Positions 23,250 to 52,000 of a stretch of 64,000 bases of DNA are shown piece by piece (positions within the stretch are counted from its first letter, which is position 1; each line of letters opens with the position of its first letter). The notes below the pieces were generated by a model, which was not told the DNA's origin, ran no database searches, and saw nothing but the letters and a program-made list of their open reading frames with translations. The stretch is from Owenia fusiformis (lineage: Eukaryota). The stretch covers positions 48,546,001 to 48,610,000 of the forward strand of contig CAIIXF020000001.1 of the NCBI GenBank assembly GCA_903813345.2. The letters run 5' to 3'. The position numbers were made by a program, and so were the translations under genes.

Positions 23250-26200
23250 TTATTAGGAGGCCCTTCAAGGGGCCTCCTATCATTTTTGTAGTTATTCTTC
23301 TTTCTTTATTTATTTATTTATTATTCTTTTTAGCATTTTTTCTCCAACTTTCAGCTAGCTTTGACTTATCTCATATATAGTCCTATTAGGGACCTGGGCT
23401 GGACTTGTCGGGAAATTAGTTCATATCTAGGTCAAGGTCAAAGGTCAAAATCTAGGTCAAATCTAAGTTTTTTTCAAGTTTCTCAAATCCTGACACTACA
23501 CTTCAATATTTTTTGCTGAATTTTTGCATACAGATAGATATTAGTATTCTATTAGTATAAGCCCTTTGCCGTCTAGGGAAATTTTGCCTAGATTTTGAGA
23601 TATTGAAGGTCAAAAAAAGGTCAAAAAAGGTCTTTTTTCAACTTGCTTCAAATTGACCAATTTTTTTTTAAAACTCATCTACAAGTTCTCAGAATTCCAA
23701 ATCTGACCTTACTTTTGACCTTTGACCTTTTGTTGACCTTCAGTGACCTCCGAAAGGTCAAAAAAGTTGATTTTTTCAAATCAATTTTCTGGATTCAAAT
23801 TTAGGTGCATTTAATCACAAAAAATCCCAAGAGATCCAAAAAAGTAAAATTTGCAAGGTCAAAGGTCAAGATCATCAAACGAAATCACAAACTGTGTTTT
23901 TTAAGTTTCTCAAAATTGGAGACTACAAATCAATTTTTTTTACTGAAAGTCAGAATATATATTCCTCTAAAGGTTCTACACATATTAGCAATTGGCTATT
24001 TATTAAAATTTTGCTCCAGTTTTGAGATATTAGAACTCAAAAACTGAAAAAAGGTCAAATTTCGAACTTTTTCAAGGTCAAATTTCAACTTGCTCTAAAT
24101 TGACCAAACTTTTTTTTAAAAAGCATCTACAAGATCTCAGGAACTCAACTCCGACCTTAGTTTTGACCTATGACCTTTAGTTGACCTTCAGTGACCTTCG
24201 AAAGGTCAAAAAGTTGATTTTTCAAATTGATTTTCTGGATTCAAATTTAGGTTAATTCAATCAGAAAAGATATACTGAGTTCTAAAAAAGTAAAATTTTC
24301 AAGGTCAAAGTTCAAGGTCATCAAACAAGATCACAAACTGTGTTTTCTAAGTTTCTCAAAGTTTGTGACCACAAATCAATATTTTTCCATGAAAGACTGA
24401 ATATATATTTATCTAAAGGTTCTACACATATTAGCAATTGATTATGTATTAAAATTTTGCACCAGTTTTGAGATATCAGAGCTCAAAAACTGAAAAAGGT
24501 CGAATTTCGAAAATGTTCAAGGTCAAATTTTAACTTGATCTAAATTGACCAAACTTTTTTTTAAACTCATATACAAATTCTCAGGATTCCAAATCTTACC
24601 TTACTTTTGACCTTTGACCTTTTGTTGACCTTCAGTGACCTCCGAAAGGTCAAAAAAGTTGATTTTTCAAATCAATTTTCTGGATTCAAATTTAGGTGCA
24701 TTAAATCACAAAAGACCCCAAGAGATCCAAAATGTAAAATTTGCAAGGTCAAATGTCAAGGTCATTAAATTAAATCACAAACTGTGTTTTCCAAGTTTCT
24801 CAAAATTGGTGACTACAAATCAATATTTTTTGATGAAAGTCTGAATATATATTCCTCTAAAGGTTCTACACATATAAGCAATTGATTATCTTTTAAAATT
24901 TTGCACCAGTTTTAAGATATTAGAGCTCAAAAACTGAAAAAGGTCAAATTTCGAAAATTTTCAAGGTCAAATTTCAACTTGATCTAAATTGACCAAACTT
25001 TTTTTTAAAACTCATCTACAAGTTCTCAGGATTCCAAATCTTACCTTACTTTTGACCCTTGACCTTTTGTTGACCTTCAGTGACCTCCGAAAGGTCAAAA
25101 AAGTTGATTTTTCAAATCGATTTTCTGGATTCAAATTTAAGTGCATCACAAAAGACCCGAAGAGGTCCAAAAAAGTAAATTTTGCAAGGTCAAGGGTCAA
25201 GGTCATTGAATTAAATCACAAACTGTGTTTTCCAAGTTTCTCAAAATTGGTTACTACAAATCAATATAGTTTAATGAAAGTCTAAATATATATTCCTCCA
25301 CTTTTTCTCCACATATAAGCATTTGATTATCTTTTAAAATTTTGCACCAGTTTTGAGATATAAGAGCTCAAAAACTGAAAAAGGTCAAAATTTCGAAAAT
25401 TTTCAAGGTCAAATTTCAACTTGATCTAAATTGACCAAACTTTTTTTAAAACTCATCTACAAGTTCTTAGGATTCCAAATCTTACCTTACTTTTGACCTT
25501 TTGTTGACCTTTAGTTGACCTTTAGTGACCTCCGAAAGGTCAAAAAGTTGATTTTTCAAATCGATTTTCTGGATTCAAATTCAGGTGTATTTAATCACAA
25601 AAGAGGTCCAAAAAGTAAAATTTGCAAGGTCAAAGGTCAAGGTCATCAAACTAAATCACAAACTGTGTTTTTTAAGTTTCTCAAAATTGGAGACTACAAA
25701 TCAATATTTTTTCATGAAAGTCAGGATATATATTCCTCTATAGGTTCTACACATATTAGCGATTGACTATTTATTAAAATTGTGTACCAGTTTTGAGATA
25801 TTGGAACTCAGAAACTGAAAAAAGGTCAAATTTCGAAACTTTTCAAGACTAAATTTCAACTTGCTTCAAATTGACCAATTATTTTTTAAAACTCATCTAC
25901 AAGTTCTCAGGATTCCAAATCTAACCTTACTTTTGACCTTTGGTTGACCTTCAGTGACCTCCGAAAGGTCAAAAAAGTAGATTTTTCAAATCGATTTTCT
26001 GGATTCAAATTTAGATATATTTATTCACAAAAGACCTTCTGAGGTCTAAAAAAGTAAAATTTGCAAGGTCAAAGGTCAAAATCATCAAACGAAATCACAA
26101 ACTGTGTTTTCTAAGTTTCTCAAAATTGGAGACTACAAATCAATATTTTGAAATGAAAGTCAGAATATATATTCCTCTACTAAAGGTTCTACATATATTA

Positions 26201-26470
26201 GCAATTGATTATCTATTAAAATTTGGCTCCAGTTTTGAGATATTATAGCTCAAAAACTGAAAAAAGGTCAAATTTCGGAATTTTTCAAGGTCAAATTTCA
26301 ACTTGCATTAATTCGACCAAACCTTTTTTACAAATCATCTACAAGTTGTCTGGAGTTCATATATGACCTTGTATTAGAGATCTGACCTTTGGCTGGCCTT
26401 TGAATGTTCAGAAACGAATATAGGGCCTCCGTAAGATTGCTTGCAATCTTAGATCGTTCGATCTCTAGTT
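23250..26470 (+). mobile_element. 3.2-kb Helentron-associated element carrying a ~445-bp tandem array (~6.3 copies)
   Basis: 5' ggaggccc within a hairpin, then a (TTTA)n tract; core marker cttg..c.aaatt.gacc recurs from ~23642 to ~26302 at ~445-bp spacing; 3' gggcctcc, hairpins taagattgcttgcaatctta and agatcgttcgatct, then CTAGTTTT. Confidence 0.78.
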
Positions 26471-27334
26471 TTTACAGCTAGAGATCTGGAAACTATATTT
26501 AGTTACACGTATTTGAACATTGCCAATAATACAGAAGTGATGAAAGCCCTTGGAGTAAAAAATGTCAAGTCACAAATGTTTTCAACAGAATTAAAAGTTA
26601 TAGAATAGTATAGTTGATAAAATACTGCCACATATGAACAATGTCCAACAGGGGCGTACTGACATTTTCATTCAATTTCATGCAAATCAATTGTTAATCT
26701 GCTTTTAAAAATCAAAATCTGTTTACTTCTATGTACAAGTATTAAAATAAATTGTTAAGTAAAAACATTCATTTGAGTGAATATAGATATGTACATGTAT
26801 GTTAAATGCACCCATTTTAAAGAGGATTATTTCTGGTTAAAAATGTTACCTACATTTTTAAAAGCAAAAGACCATGGCTGGCCTACATTGGTCCAGAATG
26901 CCTAAGATAAAAGATATAAAAATGCTGAATCAAAAATGTACATCATTATATATATTCTAAATACATTTTCTCTGGAATGTGAAAATGGCTCCATATCAAA
27001 ATTCTTGATTTCTCAAAGTTCTTGAAACCAGGTTAAATATACATGTATCTTCCTATACTGCCATACATGTGCAGCGTTGCCTAAATCAACACATCATATT
27101 GCAAAATATAGCTGATTATATACAATTGTCATCATAATCAGGTGATGATTGAGGAATGTTCTGAGCTTCAACTATATTCTCATATCACTGTACATTTAAT
27201 TTATTTAAATATGGTACAATATCTACACATATTTTCCCCTATCACTAATAAAGTCCACTTAATGTTCAAAGGAATGTCAGATATAATACAATGAAATGGG
27301 AAAACTGGGGCTAAGATTCCTGCTAAATAATACT

Positions 27335-40520
<13,186 letters not shown>

Positions 40521-40544
40521 CTTCAAGCGGGCTCGTTACTCTTC

Positions 40545-40620
40545 GACATATCACGTGACTATTTACAATGAATTGATTGGCTTTTACCTGTTATCTACCT
40601 GAGCGCACATGCGACACCTA
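40545..40620 (-). promoter_or_regulatory. Nrx-IV proximal promoter
   Basis: Palindromic E-box TCACGTGA at 40551-40558, CCAAT box at 40574-40581 (minus strand) and NRF1-like GCGCACATGCG just upstream of the ATG. Confidence 0.4.
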
Positions 40621-43600
40621 TCGCCAAGGTGATCAACTATGTATTATTATTCTCCCCGTACACTGTTGCCATCTATTTACCAAGTCAATTTTATTTTGCA
40701 ATTTTTAAGTCGTTGCCTGAATTAGATTCCCTCGCATAATATAAAGTCGTTTTCTTCCTTAAAATATTTAGTCCAGGATTTAAAATAGTTTAAAAATAAT
40801 TTTGTTGTAGTGTGCTACTACGTTTCTTAAAAAATGTTGTGCCTCTAGTGCCTGCTGAATGTTTATGCAATAATGATCACTCTCTCCTTTTAGTGGACCC
40901 AGACAATGTCAAGTCAAGCGTTTTTCTATCTTCTTACTAAATCTTAACGATTGTTATTTGTAATAGACTACCTCTTTAAATATGAGTTAGACAAAAACAA
41001 GTTGACTCTGAAATTGTTGATTACTAGCATTCCATTGATTCGCGTTCCATTGATTTCAATTGGTTTTGCGATACCTGCCATCTTTGAAAGTGCATTTAAG
41101 CTTATAAGTTCAGTTCTAGAAAAGGTTTTACCTTGATTTAATTTTTTTGAAAGATAATAGATTATTCTTTTATGAAATATAGCATCTTTGGCTCCAAAAG
41201 TTTAGAAAGAAAATTAACAATTTATCACAAAATGTTGACCTTTATTTGAAAGACCAATACTTTTCTGAAGAGGTAATCGATCCAGGTTTACAACAATACC
41301 AGGATTATTAATATCAGACAAGTAATAAAAATCGCAGAGGGGGGGGGGGGGGGGGGTTACAGATTACCCTCGACGATAAAAAAGGTTCTAGACATAAGGG
41401 TTAAATGTAGGATTATACATTTGGGAGTTTGGTCAAACGAGCCAGTCATGTTAAAGGGGAGGCCCGATTAGTGCTCTGATGTGCAAAAGTTGATAAATGC
41501 CTCGCCTAGCCTCATATCCTTGGTTCGCCTCTGTAACATAATATACGCTTGGTTATATACGTTTCAATTAATTTCTTCCTAGATAGAAAGATGTCGTAGA
41601 TGAGCTCTGTGTGAGATGGAGCAAAGATCTCGTTCAGTGTCAGTCAGGAAATCTGAAAATATATCATTTACTATACATTTTAATATGTCTTAAATGGGCT
41701 GAGTGATTTTTTTGCTTGTCGGTTAAAAAAACAAATAGATAAACAAATTAGAAAAATAATTGATCTTGAACTACTCAGCCATGGTCGATTCTATTTATAA
41801 ATCACGGGGTTCAGAAATCCATCCAGGATCAAGGTAAATAGAGGTTTAGTTTATGATGATAATATGGAAAGCGCGAATGGCGGATTTGATGTAATTCAAC
41901 ATTTAGGAAATATAATTTAGATTATAGATTAATGGATACCCAAAAGGTTAAATGTGTTTTTGTCAAAAGCGACAATTAACAAAAAATTGTTGCGGTAGTA
42001 TAATATAAATATTTTTCAATAATTATGACCTAAGCCAGCTTCCAGCACCAAGGGATTTGCTTTTCTCAGGTTTTCAGGGGCATTGTCCTGAAACTGTTAA
42101 TTTTGCCGAATAGTTCGGTATTTGCCGAAAGCTTAAGAGACTGTTGAAAATGAAATATTTTTGCCGAATTAAAAATAATTGACCAAAAAGGGCAATTTTG
42201 ACCAGGTTATAAGCTTGCAAACCTTGGGATAAAATCTTGAGTGAAAAATGCAGAATGTTTTTGGGAATGCTTTTTATTAATGCAAAAATGTCTAAGGGTT
42301 GTTGATAATCCCGGAATTATCCTTATAACTGAAGCATATTAGTAATAATATAGACTTGTAGGCACTTGTAGGCAAGTTATTTGATCAGTATCGTTACATA
42401 TTCTGCGTAAAGAATTTTACCAAAACTGGGTTTGTCGAAAACGTTATTATTAGTTTTGCCAAAAACTTTAAAATAATTTATTGTAGAAAATTAAAATGAA
42501 ATCACCAAAATTTATATTCTACTCGGAAAGTTGCTATTTTTCTACCTTCAGATATTGAAATTCTGACAGGGCTCTTATATATAAATAATAGAATTAAATG
42601 GATATAATGTCCTAAACATTAACAAGATTTATGACAAATATTAATTATCGTATAAAATCATTGAAGGTGTTGGTTTTATAAGAAGCGGGCACGAGATCAT
42701 ATTACTCCCATAATTTTATCCCCTATCCATGTTTTTCTAACCGTTATTACCAAGTCAACTAGAAAATTGTTAGATGAATTTATAGGGAAAATTAATGCGA
42801 CTTCTAGGCGAGTTTTCAAAGGAAAGCGGATACAAGATAGAACATTGGTTTTATTTGCATTAGTACTAGAACAAAGGACCTGTCATATTCATTTGTTTTT
42901 ATTGCTGATATAACGTCGTTTCTCCACTGTCAGTCAACCCAACTGTGGTCTGGAAGAATCTATTAGTTACCAAACCAGTTCTTTGCCATCCCCTGCTTTT
43001 GTTTAGTTTGGTTGAAATCGGTATTATGTGATATATCTTGCTAATGCAATTCTACTCGGTGGTTGAGATACCTTTTTATGCGACTTTTATTGCATTTTAT
43101 AATTTGTGATGACGTTAGTCGGCGTGTGTATTACATCGAATCCAGCGGTGAAATTAGGCTATCAATTTTGTTTGACATCTTTCATATTTGCCATTTTGGA
43201 TTCAGTTCTGTGAAGAGGAAACGGGAATGTATGAGGAAACAAATGTAAGAGCTACATATTACAATGCATTATAATGACAAACATTATCTCTAATTCGGTT
43301 AAAAGAGGAATCTCCAATCGAGGGAGGATGTGTACATTTGCAGACAAAATGAATAACTGATCGTGGCATCAAGATCAAAAGCAGATCTTTCAGATTTTCT
43401 GTAAAATAGTTATAAACAAAGAACTGTGAGAGCTAAACAATTTCAAGCAACTATTTAAGAAACTAACATATTCCCTAGAATACTACCTTAAACATATATC
43501 TTAATTAATGGTATCATGGTTAATTTTCTTGTCATTATTATAGACATCTTTAGACGACTTGTTTGTTTTAGATTTTCACAGAAACGTCTCATTTCGTAGT

Positions 43601-46600
43601 AGTTAAAAAGTCTATAGATATGAGACATAGTCTAGCCCCTAAGTCTGATTCCCCTAATTCCAAATCCGCTTTAATTAGGTAGTTTTTTCTACATAGCCTC
43701 TAATCAGATGATCTAATTAGGATGACACTACCTGTTAAGCTCATTACGTAAGCTACGGATGATTTGATGCAATGATCTAGCATGGCCATCTGGTCCCAAC
43801 ATACAGGTGGTCAATAAATTTTCCGGATAATTTTGTCACCTATTTTCGAGAAAACAGGAATTCCATACGTCAAGGCGCGTGGCAATGTCCTGAACTAAAC
43901 TAACACGTCAATTTTTCTTACGAAGGGAAGTGAAGGGGGTCGAAGTGATGTTTTATATGACTTAGGAGAAATATTTGAAACCTTGAAATGGCCCTAAAAT
44001 GTGATATTTAATGGAGTTGATTGCAAACAATAAACTAAATAAAGCATCTAAATCAAACATAACATAGATCTCTTATCAAACGTATTATTGTCATTGTAGT
44101 GTATGACACTATAATATATTTGAAATAAATAATAATATAAATAAGACATAATTGACATCAAGTCAATGAAAGATGTATATATATTCCTTTAAAAAGAAAA
44201 GCAAACGAACGATGTCTCAGTTATAATGAATTTATTTTCACCGTTTAACCTCTCTTGTTTTACTGCAATACATTTTCTTCAAAATCGTCGATTACATGGT
44301 CACCATGTCACATGCTTTATGCTCAACTCCAAGGACAACAGTTGGCCTTACATGTACCTGGCACAAAATATCATTCCAATATCTGGCAATTCTAGACATT
44401 CTTGACCTGGGAAAAATTGAAGACCTAGCTTTTTGGACCTTATGATAGATACAAGTAATTAATTAAGGTCATATATGACTTTTGAGGCCGTTATGTATAT
44501 GGCAAGTTACATGTACCTGGTTTGAACAGATGGAATACCAATGAGTTGATTTCTGACCCTTAAGGTGACTTTGACATTTGATTTTAAGAGTTTGCGACAA
44601 ATAGCACTTTCCCGAAGCCGGGGGGGGGGGGGGGGGTGTTTAAAGGGTGCGAACGCCCCCCCCCCCATAACCAATAGAACGAGGGCCAATAGAACGACTT
44701 TGGATAGAGGAAGAAAATAGCTTTAAACTGCTTTTATTTGAAGCTTCTAGCTCAATTTTGAAGGAAGTTACATAAATTTTTGTAAAACTCAAAACAAATT
44801 TTGATGGGCTCGCTTAAATGCCACGATCGCACCTCCCCCTGACTGAAAACCGAACTTCTTTTGGCGATCGCACCCTGACTGTTTTGCTCTAGATGTGACA
44901 TGTTTTGATTATAAACGTCCAGGACCTTATACCAGAAGACTGGTTATTTCTTTTTTCTGCCTGAAAATCAGTTTTAAGGCTAGAAATGTATAATTTTATG
45001 CATCAAACGTGTGTCAAAAATGTCTTTCACAACACGTAAAAAGGATGTGACATTGACGAAAATCAGCATAGAAAAGTACTATTTCCATGGTAATTGTTCC
45101 AATATGGGCCATTCTCTCATGGGCTTTCAAGAGATCGCTGCAAATAAATAAATTAAAATATCACATTAGTCAATTAACAGCAAAAAACAAAAGTAGATCG
45201 ATTTGACGATCTAAAAACCATGTTATAGAATTGCGCAATTATTCAACGAAAACTGTTTTCTCAAAGTGATATTTCAACGATGAAAATATTATTTTAAAAC
45301 TTTGCATGGGACCTATAAGAAATTCATGTATTAAATGTTCCGGAATATACCGAATTCACTGATGCTTATTTAATATTGAAAAGTTGCAGGTCTTCAACGA
45401 TTTTTTTCTCGAAAAAGTGAAAAAGCGAAAAAAGGAAATGTATCTTCTAGATGTTTTACACGATTCTACTAAACAGAACACTAATAATGAGAACGTGTCA
45501 TGATAAACGACAAAACAAAACTTGGAACACAAAAAGGTATTGACAAATCCAAGCAAGATTATGGATTGCTTTTACCGATTCATTAAAACAAATCTCAGGA
45601 ATTTTATCGGATTTTCCGAGATTAAAACTGAGATTATTCACACAATGCGGCATTAGCATGTTCGGATTCTTAGTCCATATTGGGATCAATATGTTCGCTC
45701 AAATTATTATCCATTAATGATTTTAATACAAAAGTATCTAATGAAGTAGGATTGTTACAGAAAAGTCAAGTGGGGAAGTAACTTTTTCCTTGGCCAATTA
45801 CGCAGTTGGGGTAAAGTACGCACAACACGTAAAGTCAGGAAACGCTAAGAAACAACAGTTATCCAACTGAGCCCCTTTGGCGAGGTGATAAAAGGCTTCT
45901 TGGAGAGTTGCAAACAAAAATCAAGGCAATTCAAGCGTATAAAGAAACTCTTTTAGCGTGGGAAGAAATAAATTTTGATTTAGATCAGACTGACATAAAA
46001 TACATATTTTCAAGTGTAGTTTATATTACAAGGAAGAATTTCTCTGGAACGGGCTAAGAATTTTCTTCATCAATTTCTTCACAAAATGGAAATATTCAAT
46101 TCCCTCATATTTCAATAATAGACCCAAAATGCAGAACATTTTTTACAAATATTTCATCAAGTCACAAAAATACTTTATTAAAGATTGGAATGCAAATTTT
46201 AGCAGCATTTCTACAGCATTAGTATGTAATTTACTTTATAATTCCTTTTGACGCGACACACATGCTGCTTTGGTAACACTGTTTTTTCAACATGTTGACT
46301 TTCTCTTTTATATCTGCATAACTTGATTGCAAAATGAGTACTATATAAACATGCAGGTACCAATTGCCATGAACAGTTGTGTTGTAGTAAAATAACACAT
46401 AAATCTAGAATTATCCGCAGTTACTTGCGATATGATGTGATCACACTTCAAATGAAACCAGTTTAATTAGTTAACTTGTGTATCTTTATTCATACCTAAG
46501 ATATACAATAACTAAATTAACAATAATTTGTCTTAAATACCCAACAGAGAAGTGGAAATTAATTGAATAAATGTATAATAGCTTGGAAATTGCCCGTAAA

Positions 46601-48800
46601 TGAATATAATCAGATCATATTATTTTACCCGTTTACTGAAACGAACATTCATCATATATGCATCCACTATCCTCAGAAAGATTGGTCATTCACGCAGTAT
46701 TTTTATTCGAAGTTGGTATGAATTTTTTATGACTATTGAGAAAATGCTTCAGGATAAAACGATCTGAGTTATGGTTGGTGTGGTATTGCCGGACTGTGTC
46801 TACCCCGGGGCAAAACAAAAAGTAAGAGATAATTCCTTTGTTTTCATGATGTCTATAAATTATTATACTTAACCGCTAACATATTCATATCCGACCATTA
46901 AATGTATTGGTCAATGTTAAAATATTGTAAATCACTGTTAAAATTACAGGTTGAATAAAGTACACAAGATTAAGTCATTTGTCATGCTTATTTAGATTTT
47001 AAAATTCAGAACCATATGCCTCTCATGTGGGGGTATGCATTGGACAATGCACAATGATGGGGTCAACGAGAGGGGTCAAGTTTATTTTAATATATATTTT
47101 GTACCGAAAGTAGAGAAGTATAAATGTGATATAGACAAGAAAATAATTCAATGAAAGCTGCTATTAGTATAACACTGACAGCCACTTTCTACCGATTCGC
47201 TATCCCACCTGTTAAAAATGTTTTCAATGGGAATGTTTATTTTCTATTTTGTTGGAAAGTTTGTCAAGTTTGTCGAGACGCAATGAAGTGGAATAAAACA
47301 GGTGAGACACAAATAGCCCCTTCCACTTCACGTTGACTCCTCCACTCCAGTGCCGTCACTGCCAAATGGACCCTAGCGAGAATGGGAGTGAAACATCTCG
47401 TGAGTATTGTCAATGTGGACCGGTCATTATGAACCACAGTATTGTCCGACCCGGGGGGCTATTCTTTTACAACAAAGGTGTTTTCTCCAGCTCAAGATGG
47501 GGTCGGCGACAGTCTATTTACACCATTAACATTTAATGTACTCAACATGAAGTCCAGCATGCCATTCCATCACTACCCTCTAGCAGCATACAGGGGAAAA
47601 TTCATCATGAAATTTGAACTCACTGATGGTAATAAACTGGAAAATGATCAGAATTTATAATCATATTATTAAATTTGATTATCCAAAAGATATCTTAAAC
47701 ATTAATCAAGATGGTTGTTGGAAAAATTGTAAATGTAAACAAAGAATCATGAGTCTGAGACATTTGATTGCGTCAAGTTAAGACTTTCTCTGGCGCCATT
47801 GTTTTGTGGATGGCAAGGTGTTGCGTCGGGTTTGCGATCAACGTTCGTGTATGTCACCGCTTTATAGATAACTGTTAGGTCCGACATTCTGACACTTCAG
47901 CCATCAGTCAACTGGCTAAGCTTGACTTTGTTTTTATAAAATGTCTAAATTCTTAATACCATTAAAAATATCTACCAGCCTGACGCAATCAATCCAGGCA
48001 TTTACAGATTAATCCATTCCTGTCTAATAATCTATTTTAAGTACCTCAACAGATTTACAAACGTCATGCAAATTGCCATGGACATGAAGAAATGTAAACA
48101 AAATAGTAAACATTCTCAAAGAACTGTTTGCACTAAGTTTTTATGCACCATTAACGATGTGATTCAGGTTCATATTGTAACATCTGTTATTCCATATGAT
48201 TATGTAATGTAACAAGTGCTTTACATTTATTTTCACTAGCTATTACTAAACTCATGATGCGTTTGGTTTTGAGCCATTGCAGTTCCCCAAAAAGCCTTTG
48301 GGTAAACTTCTTTGCCCATTTTATCTTATCTATCCCTCAGAAGAGGGTGCAGACACATGTTCCAAACCATGTTTTGTAATAATCAAAAATTCAAATAAAA
48401 TATTTTCTAGACAGTATCTTCACGGGAGTGTCGTGCTTGACACATTCTTCTTTATATATTCACGAAAAACTTCATGTCAGCGATTACAAGCTCGTCTGGG
48501 CATTGCAAACTTGTGAAAAACGGCAACAGGGGACAATAAAAACTGGGAATATGATTAGCCGACAAGTAAAGGAACAACCGTGGAGTTTTCTATACACTAT
48601 CAGGTCTAGGACAGCCGACTGGAGCCGGGGGTTTTTCCCATGCTGAATTCCCTCTGTGTGTTCATAATGGCGTGGCCATGGTGTGCTCTTACAAACAAAG
48701 CCCTCTCAGCATAGGGTCTAGTGAAATATACGTACCAGGAGGCTTTAGCATCCATACAATCTCAAAATTGACAACTCTTAATTATACGTTTGCCAAGTAG

Positions 48801-48840
48801 TAGCCAATCACAGCGCGCTGTTGTCAATATGGGGCGGAGC
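48801..48840 (+). promoter_or_regulatory. Dlx proximal promoter (CCAAT box plus GC box)
   Basis: AGCCAATCA at 48802-48810, palindrome CAGCGCGCTG, and GGGGCGGAGC at 48831-48840, ~200 nt before the ATG. Confidence 0.55.
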
Positions 48841-49039
48841 CATTGTGAATCTATTGAATATTTTGCGTGTTTGATATGATGCACACACTGATTATAAGTT
48901 GGCTACTACGCTAGTGTATGGACAGTAATCGTTATCCCATCATCAACTCATCACGTTGGAGTGAGAACTGCTAGTATATTATACAGTGCAATTAAAGTTA
49001 ATAAGTAGGCAAGGAACACTAGTGTTTCTGTAAAATAGT

Positions 49040-52000
49040 ATGCTGAATATGACAGGATCTGAGGCCATCGGCCAAGATATTCCGGACAGTAAATCTGCGT
49101 TTATGGAAATTCAACAGATGCAACAAAATATGGGACATCATGCCGCATACCCTATCCGTGCTAGTTACCCTAGTCAGCACCCGTCACAGGATTCTATGTA
49201 CACTTCACAGGCTACCCGTCCTCTGGGTTATCCATTTTCCATGAATGGTATGTCACACACGGCCTACAACTCTCCGTCACATTTTGTCAACCCCTACCAG
49301 GCGAGCTGTCCTCCAAGAGATGGTAAGTTAATTTTACGACTTATTTCTGTTTTAACTTAAAAAAGAGATTTCTTCACCATTAATGTTGAATAAAATAAAG
49401 GTATCTGGTAGTTCTAAGCATCTGTGAAAGCACGTGTCAGTTAAGAAAACATATATTTTGGTAGATTTATTAAAATCAGGTTTGTCGTCTAGCATGTGTT
49501 GAGTAGGCCATCTTGGTTGTTTATGACATGTAGGTATATACCTGTGGTTCTGAGTGACAGGGATGGCGACTGCAGCGGAAAACAGCATCAGCCTACCCAT
49601 GTCATATTTAACTAACCTAATAAAATGCTCCGAGTGTTAAGGGCTACGACAATATCAATCAGGTTGACTTATACATTTGACCCTATACCTATGTATTTTT
49701 CAGGCATTCCACACTATCTTCTGTTTCTACTATAATGTGCTAACCCACCGTTGGTGTTTCAATCTATTGCTGATGGCATAATCATTCAGTGGTCACCTTG
49801 TTCGTATTTGCATTCTGAAAATCACCTAGCGTTACATCGGCCGCTTTGGCAACAGCTTGTTTTTTTGTATCCCCAGGGCTTTGACATGATGAACTGAGCA
49901 TATCTTGTTGGACTATATAACAGGAGTTTAAAACAACACTTGTTTTTTGAATTTATGAATTGAAAATACAATTTTGAGCTATGATTGGTCTGATAGTAAT
50001 ATTATTTCAAAGCAGGACCTATTTCTAGCGCATTAAAATCTCGAGTTTCTATGACACTGCTACACGGGTTATTTAAGAATTGATATAGATTACCGATCGG
50101 TCAATAGGATAACAAAAACTATTATTTGTCCTATCTATGCGGTATCAAAACAATTCATTTTTCCTAAAATCTAAACTATGAGATCGCACCCCGATCAATG
50201 TGCCAGTCTTCGAGGCAGGCCAATGTATACTTGAATAAAATACCAGAAGTCTTCGTTTCTCTCCCCATCCATGTTTCACCTATCAATTTCTTTATTAATG
50301 CAATCAAAAGTTTGATTGTTATTAAAATGACAACTTTGTCTAGCCACTTAATCCAATAAGAACTTGAGGTATCAAGCGAAAGGCAGCCTTTCAGATTAAT
50401 CCTATGGGGGTTTATATTTTTAAGATCCCGATACGGGTACCTCTTTAATGTCTTGATTACTCTAAGAGCTGTGTAATATTAGAACCCGCTTGATTGCAAT
50501 TTTAGCAGAACTTCGCATTTTGCTTGCTTTAATATATTTAAAGAATTCAAAAAGGTGCTATCGCTGTCTTCACATTTAGTTGTTGAGTTTTGAGAAATGG
50601 ATGGAAATATTTCAAAGGGTTGACGCGTAACCACTAAAATCATATTTTATGATTTATTCATTGGAATTATTAACCTCAAAACAACCATGTTCATTGTCAA
50701 CAGGTACCACAACATTTTTCACCAAAAGGATACATATTCTTTACAATTATGAAAATCTTTATTAATGATACACTTAACATTAGAAACCGTTAATTATCCA
50801 GTTAGCCACAGTCTTCGGATATCAATATCAAATATGCGGCATTCTTCATATAAATATATATAAGTGAATTTTCTTTTGAATAATTCACGTGTTTTCCTTA
50901 CACGGGAAACGTTCCCATTGAGTTATACTAAATATTGGTTTAGGCCTCTAAGTTTCAAATCTCGATCCTCAATGTTGCTAGCTCTTAAAAATTTCTGTAA
51001 AATTTCAGGATTGATGTTAATGACATTGAAGTTAAAATGAATATACTTTAAATAATTATATATCAATTTCTTATTATATTTTTGTGTTTAGATAAATCTC
51101 CGATTGAAGAACAACTTCGAGTAAATGGCAAGGGCAAGAAGATGCGAAAACCGCGCACTATATACAGTAGTCTCCAGCTTCAGCAACTCAACAGACGATT
51201 CCAAAGAACACAGTACTTGGCTTTACCTGAACGTGCAGAGCTAGCAGCATCTCTCGGTCTTACACAGACACAGGTTGGTATTTATTGTATATCGTTACAG
51301 AGCCCCCACTCTAAGATTAAACCCCTAGTCATTTAAAACGTGTATTAACAGATTAACTGTATATCATTTTACGAAGACCATTATAAAATTTCTCAGTTTG
51401 TTTAAAAACTTGTTTCATCAAATATTAATAGGATCCAATAAATGTTAGAGAACCATTAAAAGCAAACACTCGATCTTTGGATAAGAATCAATTTATTTAT
51501 ATAGCTAACTAACCATGTCATAATTAAATAGAAGTAAATACTTGTCGTTAATTAACTTCTTTTGTATTTGTTCTTGTGTCTCCATAAGCGCATTTGAGCG
51601 GTTGATCCCTAAGTATATCTGTAGATCAATCTTGGTGTCCATTGTCTGGTCACTTACAATAAAGAATTAATAATAGCTGGTGGAGATCAGAATGTCATTA
51701 ATCTTTCAGCAATATCCAATATCATCGACGCTTGCAGTTTCATTAAAATATATTTTGTATTAAATTAATCCAAAATATCAAACACTTTTTAATCCAGTAG
51801 CAGCGTCTTCCATGGTTAAAACTTAGAATAAATTATAAATCTATTGAAAGCGTGGCGTGTCTGTTGATCTATATTAAAGAAGATGATATACACGGCCTTC
51901 GTTGTAAATCCGTTATGTTATTCTATATCCATTAGAAAATACTTTAAAATTAACGTTAAATCCATTTTTCTTGATGTAGTTCAATGTCCACTGCCTTCTC

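Noticed and set aside
23805..25766. Several similar short ORFs (KFARSKVK..NHKLCF)
   Set aside because: Translations of the 445-bp repeat with frames broken between copies.
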